Shown: positions 6,002 through 6,232 of the stretch, piece by piece
Layout of the letters: every line of letters starts with the position of its first letter
How positions within the stretch are numbered: position 1 is the stretch's first letter
Source: a virus
Lineage: Duplodnaviria > Heunggongvirae > Uroviricota > Caudoviricetes
Virus record (IMG/VR): IMGVR_UViG_2698536640_000019
Span: 1 to 6,232 of that record
DNA length: 6,232 nt
Reading direction: 5' to 3' (one strand)
Program-made: the position numbers and the translations under genes
Notes under the pieces: generated by a model
Told to the model about the DNA's origin: nothing
The model's database searches: none
Seen by the model: only the letters and a program-made list of their open reading frames with translations

Positions 6002-6232
6002 TTACGCGACCTTACGAATGTAGCGGCTGGGCCAAATCTCCTCGGGTGGCACACCCAGGCATTCCGCAATAATCCCCTCATACTTGGGAACATGACGGTA
6101 TACCGCGTTGTACAGGTTATTCTGACCTACACCAGCTTTACGGGCCAGCGCCCTCATACTTCCTTCTCTGGCTCTGACTTCCCCCAAGATTCTTTGAGGA
6201 TGCCAATCAGGCTTAACTTCATTTCTCGCCAT
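6002..6232 (-). CDS. ner: Ner-like DNA-binding transcriptional regulator (Mu Ner family)
   Basis: 76-aa product. From memory it matches Mu Ner (75 aa) in DWH...I.......S...L.R..G.....L.NA..RH.PK.E.IIA..L...PE.IWPSRY. It lies immediately upstream of the transposase gene. The start codon sits exactly at the right window edge, so its promoter and operators are outside the window. Confidence 0.85.
   Translation of the reverse strand: MARNEVKPDWHPQRILGEVRAREGSMRALARKAGVGQNNLYNAVYRHVPKYEGIIAECLGVPPEEIWPSRYIRKVA

Larger units (their letters stand above)
1..6232 (-). mobile_element. Early region of a Mu-like transposable prophage (ner-A-B, accessory genes, gam, more accessory genes); element ends not in window
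   Basis: Canonical Mu gene order and orientation (ner, then A, then B, then a semi-essential region containing gam), tight intergenic spacing, and recognisable Ner, MuA, MuB and Gam homologues. No att ends or terminal repeats are present in the window. Confidence 0.8.

Noticed and set aside
1-6232. CRISPR arrays, tRNA or rRNA genes, insertion-sequence-type terminal inverted repeats
   Set aside because: No regularly spaced direct repeats, no cloverleaf-like conserved tRNA motifs and no rRNA-like sequence were seen by eye. The only mobile-element signal is the Mu-like transposition module itself, whose ends are outside the window.

Overview
The whole window reads as the early (left-end) region of a Mu-like transposable prophage, with every supported gene on the minus strand. 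In transcription order (decreasing coordinate) it encodes: a Ner-like DNA-binding regulator (6232-6002), a MuA-like DDE transposase (5999-3912), a MuB-like transposition ATPase (3835-2903), a cluster of four small or unknown genes (2900-1389), a Gam homologue (1377-847), a 192-aa unknown protein (762-184) and a probable further ORF running off the left edge. Genes are tightly packed, consistent with one early operon. The core genes were recognised by recalled similarity to Mu Ner, A, B and Gam; no database search or alignment was run. The best candidate for something undescribed is the variable cargo between B and gam: a 73-aa protein, a 210-aa protein with an acidic N-half and a basic C-half, and a tandem pair of diverged paralogous small proteins, plus the Cys-containing 192-aa protein after gam. 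None of these could be assigned to a known family from memory, and their functions are inference only. No rRNA, tRNA or CRISPR array was seen. All CDS coordinates include the stop codon, matching the supplied ORF track.
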